The notes under the pieces were generated by a model. The model was given only the letters and a program-made list of their open reading frames with translations, made no database searches and was not told the origin of the DNA. Position numbers and translations under genes: made by a program. A DNA stretch of 63,789 nt, filler included, from Chiloscyllium plagiosum (taxonomy: Eukaryota): assembly GCF_004010195.1 (NCBI RefSeq). It is 5 parts of 5 records of this genome, joined end to end, with 100 filler letters (N's around TTAATTAATTAA, not from the genome) between each part and the next. Parts side by side here need not be neighbours in the genome. Positions count along the whole stretch, not along the records: positions 38,603 to 51,804 come from NW_025207634.1; positions 51,905 to 57,689 come from NW_025198871.1; positions 57,790 to 63,789 come from NW_025199371.1; 2 more parts are not named here. One strand, 5' to 3'. Positions within the stretch are counted from its first letter, which is position 1, and every line of letters starts with the position of its first letter. Shown piece after piece: positions 47,680-60,431 of the stretch.

Positions 47680-50600
47680 TATGGGGTCTTGCATTTTGGA
47701 AAGTTAAATCAAGGTAGGAGTTTCATGATGAACGGTAAGGCCTTAAGGACTGTAGTGGAACAGTGGGATCTCGGAGTTCAGGTGCACAGTTCTCTGAAAG
47801 TTGAGTCACAGTTAGACAGGGCAGTGAAGCAGGCTTTTGGCACACTGGCCGTCATCAGTCAGGGCACTGGGTGTAGAAGTTGGGAAGTTATGTTTCAATT
47901 GTACATGACGTTGGTGAGGCTGCACTTGGAGTATTGTGTTCAGTTTTGGTCACCTTGTTATAGGAAGGATATTATTAAACTGGAAAGAGTGCAGAATAAA
48001 TTTACAAGGATGTTGCCAGATTTCAACATCTGAGCTTTTGGGTGAGGTTGGACAAGCTAGGACATTTTTCTTAAGAGTGTTGGAGACTAAAGGGGAATCT
48101 TTTAGAAGTGTATAAGATCTTGAGAGACATGGATAGGGTGAATGCACTCAGTCTTTGTCCCAGGGTTGGGGAATAAAGGACTAGAGGGCATCAATTGAAG
48201 GTTAGAATAAACGGGAACCTGAGGGGCAACATTTTTACACAGAGGGTGGTACTCATATGGAATGAGCTGCCAGTGGAAGTGATTGAGGCGGGTACATTAA
48301 CAACATTTAAAAGGCATTTGGACAAATACATAAATAATATGTAATTTGAAGGATATGGGCCAAGTGCAGGGAAATGGGGTGAGTGTGGATGGACATTTTG
48401 GTCAGCACGGTCCAGCTTGGGCCAAAGGGCCTGTCTCTGTGCTGTAGGACTCGATGACTCTATGACTCTATAATTCCATAGGTTTCCATGTTTATGAACA
48501 GTCTCTCAAACATAGAAACAAAGGAACTAGGAGCAGGAGCAGGCCATTCAGCCCTTCGAGTGGGCTCTACCAGTCAATATGACAAAGGCTGATCATCCAA
48601 CTTAGTCCCCTGTTCCCACTTTTTCTCCAAAACCTCTCATCCCTTTAGTCCTAAGATCTATACCTGTCGCCTTCTTGAAAACATTTAATGTTTTGGTCTC
48701 GACTGTTTTCTGTGACAGAATATTCCACGAGCTTCCCACTCTCTGGCTAAAGAAATGTCTCCTCATCGCAGTCCGAAATGGCCTTTCCCTTTTCTTTAAA
48801 CTGTAATTCCTGGTTCTGGACTCTCCAGTCATCAGGAACATAATTCCTGTATTTTCCGGTCTTGTCCTGTTAGGATTTTACAGGTTTCAATGTGATTCCT
48901 CTCAAATTCCTAAACTCCAGTGAATATAATCCTAACTGATCCAGTTTCTCATCAGATCTAAGTGCTGTCATCCCAGGAATCAGTCTGGTAAACCCTCGCT
49001 GCCCTCCCTCCACAGCCAGAACATCCTTCCTCAGATAAGGAGACCAAAACTGCACACAACAGAATCATAAAATCACACAGTACAGAAGAGGCCCTTCAGC
49101 CCATTAACTGTGTACCAGCCAAACTACACTAAACCTATACCAGTCCCACTTTCTAACATGAGGCCCATAGCTTGAATGTTATGATATTTCAACTGCTCAC
49201 CCAAGTACTTTTTAAAGTTTGTGAGGTTTCCCACATCAACTACCCTCCCAGGCTGTGCATTCCAGACCCCCACCACCCTCTGGGTAAAAATCATTTTCCT
49301 CAAAACATCTTGAAACCTCCTATCTTTGACATTGAATGTGAGCCAACTTGTTATTGACCCTCCCAAGAAGGAGAACAGCTGCTTTCTCTCCTCCCTGTCC
49401 ATTCCCCTCATAACCTTATGCACCTCGATCAGGTCCCCCCTCCACCTTCTTTGCTCTGAAGAAAACACCCGAGCTGATCCAATTTCTCTTCATCACTGAG
49501 AAATTCCATCCCACGCAACATCCTGGTGATTCCCTCTGCACCCCGTCCAGTGCAATCACCTCCTTCCTACAGTGTGGTGACCTGAACTGCACACAGTACT
49601 CCAGCTGTGGCCTAACCAATGTTCTGCTTAACTGCAGCATATCCTCCTGCTTTTATAACCAATACCTGACATGACAAAGGCAATGTCCCCTGTGCCTTCA
49701 TAACTGCTCTGTTAACCTGTCTTGCCACATTCAGGGATCACTGGAGAAGCACCCCAAGATCACTCTGTTCCTTTGAGCTTCCTCAGTTCAAAGAACAAAG
49801 AGCAATGAAAATTACAGCACAAGAACTGGCCCTTCGGCCCTACTAGTCTGCACTGGTCCATATCCTCCATCTAAACCCGTCATCAATTTTCCAAGGGTCT
49901 GTCTCCCTTTGCTCCCTGCCCATCCATGTATCTATCTAGATATATCTTAAATGATGCTATTGTGCCTGCCTCTACCACCTCCACTGGCAACGTGTTCCAG
50001 GACCAATCACCCTTTCCATGCATATCTCCCTTAAATGTTTCCACTCTCACCTTGAACTCATGACCCCGAGTAATTGAGTCCCCCACTCTGGGAAAAAGCT
50101 TCTTGCTATCCACCCTGTCTATACCTCTCATGATTTTGTAGACCCCAATCAGGACCCCCTCAACGTTCGACTTTCTAATGAAAATAATCCTAATCTACTA
50201 AACCTCTCTTCATAGCTAGTGCCCTCCATACCAGGCAATCCTGGTGAATCTCCTCTGCACCCTCTCCAAAGCATCCACATCTTTCTGGTAATGTGGCAAC
50301 CAGAACTGTACGCAGTATTCCAAATGTGGCCAAGCCAATGTCCGATATAATTCTAATATGATCTGCCAACTCTTGTACTGAATACCACGTCTGGCCATAT
50401 GCCTTCTTGACCACTCTATCGACCTGTGTTGCCACCTCCAGGGTACAATGGACCTGAACACCCAGGTCTCTCTGGGCATCAATTTTCCCAGGGCGTTCCA
50501 TTCACCGTACAGTTTACTCCAGATTTGGATCTTCCAAAATTCATCAGATCGCATTTGCCTGGTTTGAACTCCATCCGTCCGTTTCTCTGCCCAACTCTCC

Positions 50601-51770
50601 AATCTATATTCTGCTGCATTCTCTGACAGTCCCCTTCACTATCTGCTACTCCACCAATATTAGTGTCATCTGCAAACTTGCTAATCAGACCACCTATACC
50701 TTCCTCCAGATCATTTATGTATATCAAAAACAAGTGCGGTACCAGCACGGATTCCTGTTCTCCATTCTGAGAAACTCCTTCCAATACTACTGTCTGTCTT
50801 CTGTTGCCCAGCCTGTTCTCTATCCATCTAGTGAGTACACCCTGCACCTCATGCGACTTTAATTTCTTTATCAGGCTACCATGGGGAACTTTATCAAATG
50901 CATTCCTGAAATTCATGTGTATGACATCCACAGCCCTTCCCGCATCAATCAACTTCATCACTTCTTCAAAAAATTCTATAAAGTTGGTAAGACATGACAT
51001 TCCCTGCACAAATTCATGCTGCCTATAACTGATAAGTCAATTTTCTTCCAAATGTAAATAGATCTTACCCCTCAGTATCTTCTCCATCAGCTTCCCTACC
51101 ACTACATCAGGCTCACTGGTTGATAGTTAACTGGATTATCCTGGCTACCCTTCTTAAACATTAGCAATTCTCCAGTCCTCTGGGACCTCATCCATGTTCA
51201 AGGTTGCTTCAAAGATATCGATTAAGGCACAAGCTATTTCCTCTCTTGTTTCCTTCAGTAAGCTGGGATCGATCCCATCCCGACCTGGGGACTTGTCCAC
51301 CTTGATGCCTTTTAAAATACCCAACACTTCCTCCCTCCTTAAACTGACATGACCCTGAGTAATCAAACATCTATCCCCAACTTCAACATCTGTCACTTCC
51401 CTCTCCTTGGTGAATACCGATGTAAAGCACTCATCAAGAATCTCATCCATTTTCTCTGACTCCACACATAACTTTCCTCCTTTGTCCTTGAGTGGGCCAA
51501 CCCTTTCTCCAGTCACCCTCTTGCTCCTTATATATGAATAAAAGGATTTGTGATTTTCCTTAATCCTGTTTGTTAATAATATTTCGTGACCCCTTTTAGC
51601 CCTTTTAATTCCTCATTTCAGATTGGTCCTACTTTCACGATATACTTCCAAAGCTTTGTCTGTTTTCAGCTACCTAGACCTTATGTATGCATCTTTTTTC
51701 CTCTTAGTTAGTCTCACAATTTCATCTTTCATCCAGCGTTTCCGAATCCTGCCATTTCAATCCGTTATTT
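47680..51770. mobile_element. Stack of CR1 LINE fragments (47680-48470 +; 48510-51770 -, at least three copies)
   Basis: Multiple LEYCVQFWSP, FDKVPH and ISKFADDT motifs in the ORF track. Confidence 0.85.
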
Positions 51771-54040
51771 TCAGATAACCATCAACGTTTCTAATATTTT
51801 CCAANNNNNNNNNNNNNNNNNNNNNNNNNNNNNNNNNNNNNNNNNNNNTTAATTAATTAANNNNNNNNNNNNNNNNNNNNNNNNNNNNNNNNNNNNNNNN
51901 NNNNACCAGACAAGAGTGAGCATCAAGAGAGGTGGGAGTGTGTGGGAGATTCAATGCCATTAAAATTCCCAACTGGGTTTCACAAGAAAAGCTCAAATTG
52001 TTACCAGGATATAACAGGGAGAATCCTCGCTGACATAAACAGGCTGAGTGTCAGAGACCCCGAGCCTCCGGTGCCTGAGTCTCTCTGAGGCATGACAGTC
52101 AATAAAGGGTGACTTGGTGACATGGGGTTATGTTATAATCAATGAACAGAGGAGTATAGATTAAAGGTAAATGGCCGAAGTTTAAGAGGGAACACATTTT
52201 CACCCAGAGGGTGGTGACAGTCTGGGACTCACTGCCTGTAAGAATGGTTGAGGCAGAAGCTCTCCCATAACATTGAAGTATTTCGATGTGCAGCTGTAAT
52301 GCCAAGGTATGCAGGGCTACGGGCCAAGTACTGGAACATGGAATTAGGATAGTGAGGTGGTTGTTTGACTGGCTTTGGCTCATTGGGCCAAAGGGCCTTG
52401 TTCTTGTAGACCTGTTGTAGATGTCTGACTCTGCCAGGACTCCAGCAATGTGGCTGACCCTTACCTGCCATTTGACCCTTACCTGCCACAAGCCACTCAG
52501 TTTCGGGGCAGTTAGGGATGGGGAACAAATGCTGGTCTTGCCAGTGACTCCCACATCCCAGGAAAGAATAGACGGCCTCAGTGATAACACCGTCAACTGA
52601 ACCTGCAGGTTTCAAGCCCCACTCCAGACACTGGAGCACGATCCTGAGGCTGGCAAAGGCAAAGACGCCATCTACTGGATGATCGGTTAAACCACTGCCC
52701 TCTCAGGTCGATGTGAATATAAGGGATTTGAGACCATCTCAGGGAAACTCTCCCCAGTGTGCTGACCAATGCATCTCTTATAACCAAAAGCAATAAAACA
52801 GATACAAAAACAAAATACTGCAAATCTCAAATAGAAGCGCGATGCTGGAGAAAGGGAACAGGTGCAGCCTCTGTGGGAAGAGGAGGATTAACTTTTTGGG
52901 TTCAGTGATGTTTTATCTAAAAGGCAGCAAATTTTTATTTATATTTAATTTATGCTGTTTTATATTATTTTATTTAAATATTGTTGAAAACAAGTTTACC
53001 CACTTNNNNNNNNNNNNNNNNNNNNNNNNNNNNNNNNNNNNNNNNNNNNNNNNNNNNNNNNNNNNNNNNNNNNNNNNNNNNNNNNNNNNNNNNNNNNNNN
53101 NNNNNNNNNNNNNNNNNNNNNNNNNNNNNNNNNNNNNNNNNNNNNNNNNNNNNNNNNNNNNNNNNNNNNNNNNNNNNNNNNNNNNNNNNNNNNNNNNNNN
53201 NNNNNNNNNNNNNNNNNNNNNNNNNNNNNNNNNNNNNNNNNNNNNNNNNNNNNNNNNNNNNNNNNNNNNNNNNNNNNNNNNNNNNNNNNNNNNNNNNNNN
53301 NNNNNNNNNNNNNNNNNNNNNNNNNNNNNNNNNNNNNNNNNNNNNNNNNNNNNNNNNNNNNNNNNNNNNNNNNNNNNNNNNNNNNNNNNNNNNNNNNNNN
53401 NNNNNNNNNNNNNNNNNNNNNNNNNNNNNNNNNNNNNNNNNNNNNNNNNNNNNNNNNNNNNNNNNNNNNNNNNNNNNNNNNNNNNNNNNNNNNNNNNNNN
53501 NNNNNNNNNNNNNNNNNNNNNNNNNNNNNNNNNNNNNNNNNNNNNNNNNNNNNNNNNNNNNNNNNNNNNNNNNNNNNNNNNNNNNNNNNNNNNNNNNNNN
53601 NNNNNNNNNNNNNNNNNNNNNNNNNNNNNNNNNNNNNNNNNNNNNNNNNNNNNNNNNNNNNNNNNNNNNNNNNNNNNNNNNNNNNNNNNNNNNNNNNNNN
53701 NNNNNNNNNNNNNNNNNNNNNNNNNNNNNNNNNNNNNNNNNNNNNNNNNNNNNNAAGAAAGGCAAGTGGATCGAATACAAGAGAGCAAATTGTGAGGGAA
53801 AACCAATTATTACCAGTTTAACAATTGCAAAGGAGAGTGACAACATTGAATTGCTTCTGGTGTCATCCTCTGTGCCCTAACATTTCACAGTGCCAGCTCC
53901 ACATCCTTCCATTGGCTTTGTCATTGAGAGGCAACATTTCCCTTCCCACAGCCCTTTTTAAAATGTCCTGTTCCATGGAATCACTGATGCAAAAATATTT
54001 CACCTTTTCTAGGAAAGTTGGAGAAGTATTAAATGTCAAG

Positions 54041-55293
54041 GAGCTGTTTCTCAGCCTTCATGGTCTGACAGAAGGATGTGTGTAGTCTGTGGATTCTGGA
54101 GGTAAATCACTGAGATATTCCTCACTCCCATCAACACCTGACTTTATTCTGACATCAGTTTCTATTGTTCATTATAAAGTACCCCACCAGTTTCAGACTA
54201 GACATTTCACACCCAGTCCCCATTTCTTCACATTGGAATCAAGAACCAAACTTGCCCCATCTCAGGATTGCCCTCTGAATGTGGTGTCAGTGTGTTAATG
54301 CTGTGTTTGAATGAAAGAGCCACGGTGGAATCTGGGACTGAGTCCAAGGGGTTTCTGAGTCACCAGCAGCCTCCCCGCTGTGTGAGGGTCTGTTTGGATA
54401 AGATTTCAGCTGCATTGGTCCCCACTGATACTAGAGCCATGGAGTGAGATTGCCAGAGCCACATGTGGACTGAGGAACACAACAGTCAAGACAATGAGCT
54501 GCTCTGGAATCCACCCTGAGCCCTGGATGATCCTCACTGAGATGGCCCAGGGGCTACAGAATATGGCAGCTGAAAGTGGAACCAGTTTATCATTGACTGT
54601 CCTCCCCAGCGGTGACTCCCAGACTCCCCCGGACTGATCTGACTCCAGGGACACACGGGATGAGCTGCTTTCTCAGACTTCAGGGTCTGACAGAAGGATG
54701 TGTGTAGTGTGTGGATTCTGGAGACAGATCACTGAGATATTCCTCACTCCCATCAACATCAGTCTTTATTCTGACATCAGTTTCTATTCTTCAATATAAA
54801 GTACCCCCACCAGTTTCAGACGGGATGTTTCATACTCAGCCCCCATTTCCTCACACTGGAATCAAGAACCAAACTTGCCCCATCTCAGGATTGCCCTCTG
54901 AATGTGGTGTCAGTGTGTTAATGTTGTGTTTGAATGAAAGAGCCACGGGGGAATCTGGGACTGAATCCAAGGGGTTTCTGAGCCACCAGCAGCCTCCCCG
55001 CTGTGTGAGGGTCTGTTTGGATAAGATTTCAGCCCCATTGGTCCCCACTGATACTAGAGCCATGGAGTGAGATTGCTGGAGCCACATGTGGACTGAGGAA
55101 CACAACAGTCAGGACAATGAGCTGCTCTGGAATCCACCCTGAGCCCTGGATGATCCTCACTGAGATGGCCCAGGGGCTACAGAATATGACAGCAGAAAGT
55201 GGAACCAGTTTATCATTGACTGTCCTCCCCAGCCGTGACTCCCAGACTCCCCTGGACTGAACATTCTCAATCTGACCCCAGGGACACACGGGA
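54041..55293. repeat. Direct tandem duplication of a ~620-bp unit
   Basis: 54041-54660 and 54662-55293 are near-identical (gaaggatgtgtgtagt...cagggacacacggga). Confidence 0.92.
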
Positions 55294-55801
55294 CAATTTC
55301 ATCTAATTTGAAGAGTAAAGAAAACCCAGGTCTAATTTATGGAATATTTATTTCCCAAATTGTTATTGTGCAATTGTTATTCTGAGTAACAAGGTCCTGC
55401 TTGTCATATTCATCAATATAGGGAGCCAGAGCCACTGGGAACCGGAACAGTTGATTTGAATTTCTTGGCTTGTGATCTTGCTGTGCCTAAGGGATGGGTG
55501 AGCGTTGATTGGGAATTTCCATCAGATTATTGTGTTCCCCATTGTCCCCTCCTGCCTTCCTTCTTTTCCCCATTTATTGGGAAACATTTCCTTGGGGTTG
55601 TGCATTCCTGCTGAAAGTACCCCTTCTGGACGCAATGATAGCATTGCCCTCCTGCTCTGGGGACCCCATTGCCCCCTCTATTCTCCCCCTCATTCTCCAG
55701 GCCTTGAGGGTGGAGGTTAACACTTCACACAGCTTTCCCTGAGGCTTCAGCTCGGGCCATTCCCAAAGCACACACGAGACAGAGACTGAATCATCTTCAT
55801 C

Positions 55802-55807
55802 TTTATT
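55802..55807 (-). terminator. Polyadenylation signal of the orphan C
   Basis: AATAAA on the minus strand in the 3'UTR homologous to 14127. Confidence 0.7.
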
Positions 55808-56334
55808 TCCTTTTCCAGATTGACATTGACAGAAAACAGACTGCAATTAACAGCCCAGACAGAGGAAACTGCACAAATTCACAGCCACAATGGAGCTTGA
55901 GGAAAACACTTGTGGAGATTTTCTTAATAACCTAAGAGTCCTGTTCCTTTAAACAGTGACAAAACCTTAAATTGGAACTGACGGCTGAGCAGGAAGTAGG
56001 TCTGTTTTACTGAAGCAGAGACTTCAGAGGTTCACATTGTTTTTGTACAGCTGACAGTCTTCAGCATTTTCAATAGGTTTGACTTGGCATCACAGGTCAT
56101 CACTGCCCCAATCAAACACTCCCAGAACAGGGTCAGCATGGAGTCTGATACAGAGTAAAGCTTCTTTTTGATGATCGCAATGACCTGCCTTAACCCTTGA
56201 ACCTCAGAAGTGTCGCCAAGCCAATCCCAAGAAGGAAGAAAGTTGAAATTCAGTGCTGACAATAACCTTTGACCTGCTAGCTCAGCCCTGTTCTATTTAA
56301 AGTTGTGTCTCCTCTGTGGACTGTCTCAAACACT

Positions 56335-56664
56335 CTACACACATTCTGATCTCCTGATGCTCTTGCTGAGGGGAGAGGGGAGGGTCACGTGGGTGAGGGC
56401 ACAGGAGAAGGTGAGCATTGGACTCCCAGCCAGACCCAGAGAGGGTCAGCAGGCTGCTGACACTGTAGGTGCTGTCCGAAGCTCGCAGGTAGTTGCTGGT
56501 CTGAACCCCGTCCGAAATGACTGCACCGTCCTTCTTCCACTGCACCTCCAGCTCATCCGGATAGAAGTGATTGGCAAGGCACACCAAGGTGGCAGTGCCC
56601 TTGGCATTGACCTGCTCCGGGGAGGGGGGCAGCAGGGTCAGCTTGGGCTGTGAGTTGTCATGGC
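56335..56664 (-). pseudogene. IGKC: Ig kappa constant exon with +1 frameshift (orphan C)
   Basis: (S)HDNSQPKLTLLPPSPEQVNAKGTATLVCLANHFYP...WESNA, then an extra C at ~56410 (GCT CAC C TTC TCC TGT vs GCT CGC TTC TCC TGT in C1). 330 nt vs 329 nt; the second domain Cys is out of frame. Confidence 0.88.
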
Positions 56665-57810
56665 CTGAAAAACAAGAGAAGCAATTTTAATCCCTGCCTT
56701 TTGAAGGGATTTTAACTCTCTGAACATGAACTGGCAAAACAATCCATTTTGAACATTTGTTGCCAACTCCTAACAAACCCCATAAAAGAACAGACATTGT
56801 TTAAAGTGCATCTTGGGATGTGGGTGTCACTGGTAGGGCCAGCATTTATTGCCCATCCCTAATTGCTCCTGAGAAGGTGATGGTGAAAGAGAAGGGACAG
56901 TTTTGGACCATAGTTTATGGAATGAATGTGGGCAGCTGGAAGGGCTCTCAATGGGGGAGCATTTCAGTGACAGTGATCAGAACTCAGTGAGATTGAGAGC
57001 AGGGATGGAAATGGAGAACCATGGGGCAAGTGTAAACGTTTTCATTTGGGACCAAAACCATTTTACTAAACAGGGCAGGGATTGGGTAAAAGTGGGATGA
57101 AAGACAAAATGCAGGGGTGTAATTTACCAGGACCTGAGGAAAGCAAAGAGCTGACAGGATGAGATGTGTCCAAACGAAGTGAAGGAAATCCCAGTGATGT
57201 TTATAATCACAGAAAGAACAAGAAGAGAATGAAGGAATGTATGGGGCCCATTAGAGAGCAGAAAGGGAACTTGTGTGCGGTGGTCAAGATGGAGCAATGG
57301 TTCCTCATGAAATCTTTCGGTCTGTTTTCACAAAAGAGAGGGACAAAGCAGAAACTGTAGTTGAGGAGGAGGACTGTGCAACATTGGAACGGCATCTTTC
57401 ACATCTGAAAGATTCCCAGTTCATCCAAAGAAAAGAAAGATTCATGCTGTCCCCAAGACATTTGCAGACAGTGTGGGACTTGTTTGAAATGAGGTCACTG
57501 AAGGAATGCAGGAAATGTGGAAGCCAGATTTTACACAGCAAGATCCCACAAGTAACAATGAACCCAGGAACATTTTGAGTGACGTTTGTTCAGGGATAAA
57601 TATCAGTTTGAAATACAATTCAAAGAGAAAATAACTGGAATATTTGGATGAAAAATGAGAAAATGAAAGTTAAAGGAGAAGGGAGGATTNNNNNNNNNNN
57701 NNNNNNNNNNNNNNNNNNNNNNNNNNNNNNNNNTTAATTAATTAANNNNNNNNNNNNNNNNNNNNNNNNNNNNNNNNNNNNNNNNNNNNTTAACTCCTTC
57801 ATATTTAATC

Positions 57811-57820
57811 AATGACTTCA
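57811..57820 (+). promoter_or_regulatory. CRE/V-beta decamer-like promoter motif
   Basis: AATGACTTCA about 77 nt upstream of the TRBV ATG; resembles the AGTGA(C/T)ATCA decamer of TCR V-beta promoters. Confidence 0.45.
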
Positions 57821-57896
57821 AAAGAGCAGAGAGCTTCCGCGGAGGCCCAACACCTGTATTTTTGCTCATATCTCTGTTACAAGAACAGCTTACAAG

Positions 57897-57933
57897 ATGT
57901 ATATCTTCTTGACTCTCATCAGCTTATTTCAAT
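57897..57933 (+). CDS. TRBV: TCR V leader exon (MYIFLTLISLFQ-F)
   Basis: Hydrophobic 12 codons plus 1 nt, GTAAGT donor at 57934; acceptor tttcctcag ends at 58089. Confidence 0.88.
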
Positions 57934-58089
57934 GTAAGTGTATTTTTCAGATGATATTATTTATTAGCATCCATTGTTTTTCTTGGCTTTCTTTCACTCG
58001 TTATATATTTCTATCTTTCATTCTTACCTCATATAATTTAAAGATCCACCCGGTTCTGATTTGATTCTCTCCCGCTTCTTTTTCCTCAG

Positions 58090-58388
58090 TCGTGAACTCA
58101 CAAACTATCCGCCAGGTTCCAACCGCTGTTTCCAAATTACCCGGGAAGAGTGTGGAACTGAAGTGTTTTGTGGATGGGACTAGCAGTAACCCTACTATGC
58201 TCTGGTACAGACAATACCCGGGGAAAGGGCCACAGGTGATGTTTTATTCCACTGCTATCAATTATGTGAATCCAGAGGATGCGGTGGACGGTTTTACCGC
58301 ACAGCGACCAAGTGGTTCTGAGTTCAACCTGAAGACCTCCAGCCTGTGGGTGAATCACACGGCCATGTATTTCTGCGCCTGGAGTCTT
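58090..58388 (+). CDS. TRBV: T-cell receptor beta V segment, TRBV30-like, apparently functional
   Basis: VNSQTIRQVPTAVSKLPGKSVELKCFVDGTSSNPTMLWYRQYPGKGPQVMFYS...FTAQRPSGSEFNLKTSSL...AMYFCAWSL. SQTI-Q-P, GTS-NP, WYRQ, FYS and CAWS match the mammalian TRBV30 type. Confidence 0.85.
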
Positions 58389-58427
58389 CACAGTGACTCA
58401 GAGAGAGGGAGCAGCTCAACAAAAACC
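58389..58427 (+). other. 23-bp-spacer RSS of the TRBV (consensus)
   Basis: CACAGTG 58389-58395, 23 nt, ACAAAAACC 58419-58427. Confidence 0.96.
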
Positions 58428-59092
58428 CCAAAAGTTGCAGCTGTTTTAGATAATACTGCGCGGTACCTCCTCCTACATTCCTGAGTTCATGCAAAACAAC
58501 AGTTTTCATAATTACAGCGGGTTTACACTGAGCGTCATTGATCCAATATACAGTTGCACTAGATCCGAGAGCTTCAAATAACCAGAAGAGAGTAAACATG
58601 TTCGTTTTTTTCCCAGAAAACAGTAAAACTCACTGGTGAACAGGTCTTTGCGATTTTCAAACGCGTTTTATTGACAGAGAGAAACTGTTTCCCCCGGTAG
58701 AAAACAGAGATTGAGGGAAACACATATATAAATCCTTTAAAAAATCTTATGCTTATGCGGGAGAAGCCACGTTACATAGACAGTGGTGGGAATGTGCAAA
58801 TAGCTACCGCAGGAACAAAGACAGAAATGGCTGGAGAAAGTCAGCAGGTATGACAGCATCTGTGGAGAAAGAGCAGCTTTAATGTTTCTAGTCCAGTAGC
58901 ACTTCCTGATGAAGGACTTATTCCCGAAATGCAGTAACTTTCTTCCAGTAACACTTGGAACGGCTATATCAGAGGGTGTATTAAGGTGTCTGACGCTGTT
59001 GCAGTTTCGGAAGAAAATGGATAAGCACGTGATAGAAAATAGATTGGACAAGTTGTGGGATATGACTGTAACCCGACTGGAGCAATTCTATT

Positions 59093-59408
59093 GATTAGAT
59101 TACTTACAGTGTGGAAACAGGCCCTTCGGCCCAACAAGTCCACACCGCCCCGAAGCGCAACCCACCCATACCCCTACCCCTACATTTACCCCTTACCTAA
59201 CACTACGGGCAATTTAGCATGGCCAATTCACCTGACCTGCACATCTTTTGGATTGTGGGAGGAAACCGGAGCACCCGGAGGAAACCCACGCAGACACCCA
59301 CGCAGACACGTGGAGAACGTGCAAACTCCACAGTCAGTCGCCTGAGGCGGGAATTGAACCCGGGTCTCTGGCGCTGTGAGGCAGCAGTGCCGCCACCGTG
59401 CCGCCCAC
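59093..59408 (-). mobile_element. HE1-like SINE, near full length
   Basis: Reverse-complement head, core and tail; internal 12-bp duplication (acccacgcagac). Confidence 0.88.
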
Positions 59409-60431
59409 ATTGGAAGCATTCAAGTGCATGCAGGTCAATTCTGGCTGAAACAAATAATGATAACACACGCAAACAAGATGAAATACAAAGATGAACGAAG
59501 TGAAGAAATTTAAATTTGGGGAGGCAACAGAGGGCACTCCAGGACCACGAACTGTATTCTCACCTGCAACAAAGACCCCGAGTGCGAAATTCTGCCCTTC
59601 TAGCCTGATACTGAATTTCTATTTCTGATACTGCTTCTAAAATGCTGAAATGGTAGTCAACATTCCCTATAATGCTTGATAATTTATTAGTGAAGGACAA
59701 CCATGTGTCTTTTTAGTTATTGTCTCGAAATAATTCGGCTGAATGTGTAGTACAGTGATGGTTGGTTAAAATATCTGTTCTGGAGTGCTCCAGCTAATAC
59801 TGACGGCATTGTTCCATACTGCAAAATAACCGATCAAGCTGTCCACTTCCACCCACCCCTCCCCGTTTTGTATGTTAGTCTATTGATGAGAAGGCTGAAC
59901 TCGATTTGACCTGGAATTCCTTTGTGCAACTGTCCACCTTTCTTTTTCAGAGTTATGTGGAGTTGAACAACTAAATGCCTTTGTCGTTTCTTGTCAGTTA
60001 GAAAGTGCCCTGATCTATTTTTACTCCAAGTACCTTTGATCAAACCCCAACCCCCGTTATATTTACCTTATTTTAGTAATCGGCTTCCATCTTCCTATTC
60101 CCCTCTCACAGCCACATCCAATGTTAGAGAGCGCTGGGGTGGACTGGAGAAATTTCAGTCAGGGAAGGAGGACAGCGCAGCCAGAGAGTGGGATGTCCAG
60201 GCAGCCAATCAGAGAGAGGGAGGCCTAGAGTTGTTGGAGTGTGCCGTACTGTCCAACTACTTCACTTCTGTCTAATCCGCGGATGCTGGAATCGGAAGTA
60301 GCCAAGCAGGAGGCTGGAGCAACACAGCAAACCAGGCAGCATGATGGGTGGAGAATTCGACGTTTCGGATTTCTGATTTCTACACTGATTTGAAAGTAGC
60401 GGGATGCCCCTCACAGGATTCTACACTCCAG

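Noticed and set aside
54418-54431. 14-nt match (gtatcagtggggac, minus strand) to the start of the kappa V exon inside the 620-bp repeat
   Set aside because: Similarity does not extend and no Ig-like translation was found; treated as chance.
56038-56077. gtttttgtacagc in the C 3'UTR matches the J-RSS nonamer and spacer start (also ~13884-13897); possible kappa-deleting element
   Set aside because: No CAC-containing heptamer at 12 or 23 nt spacing in either copy.
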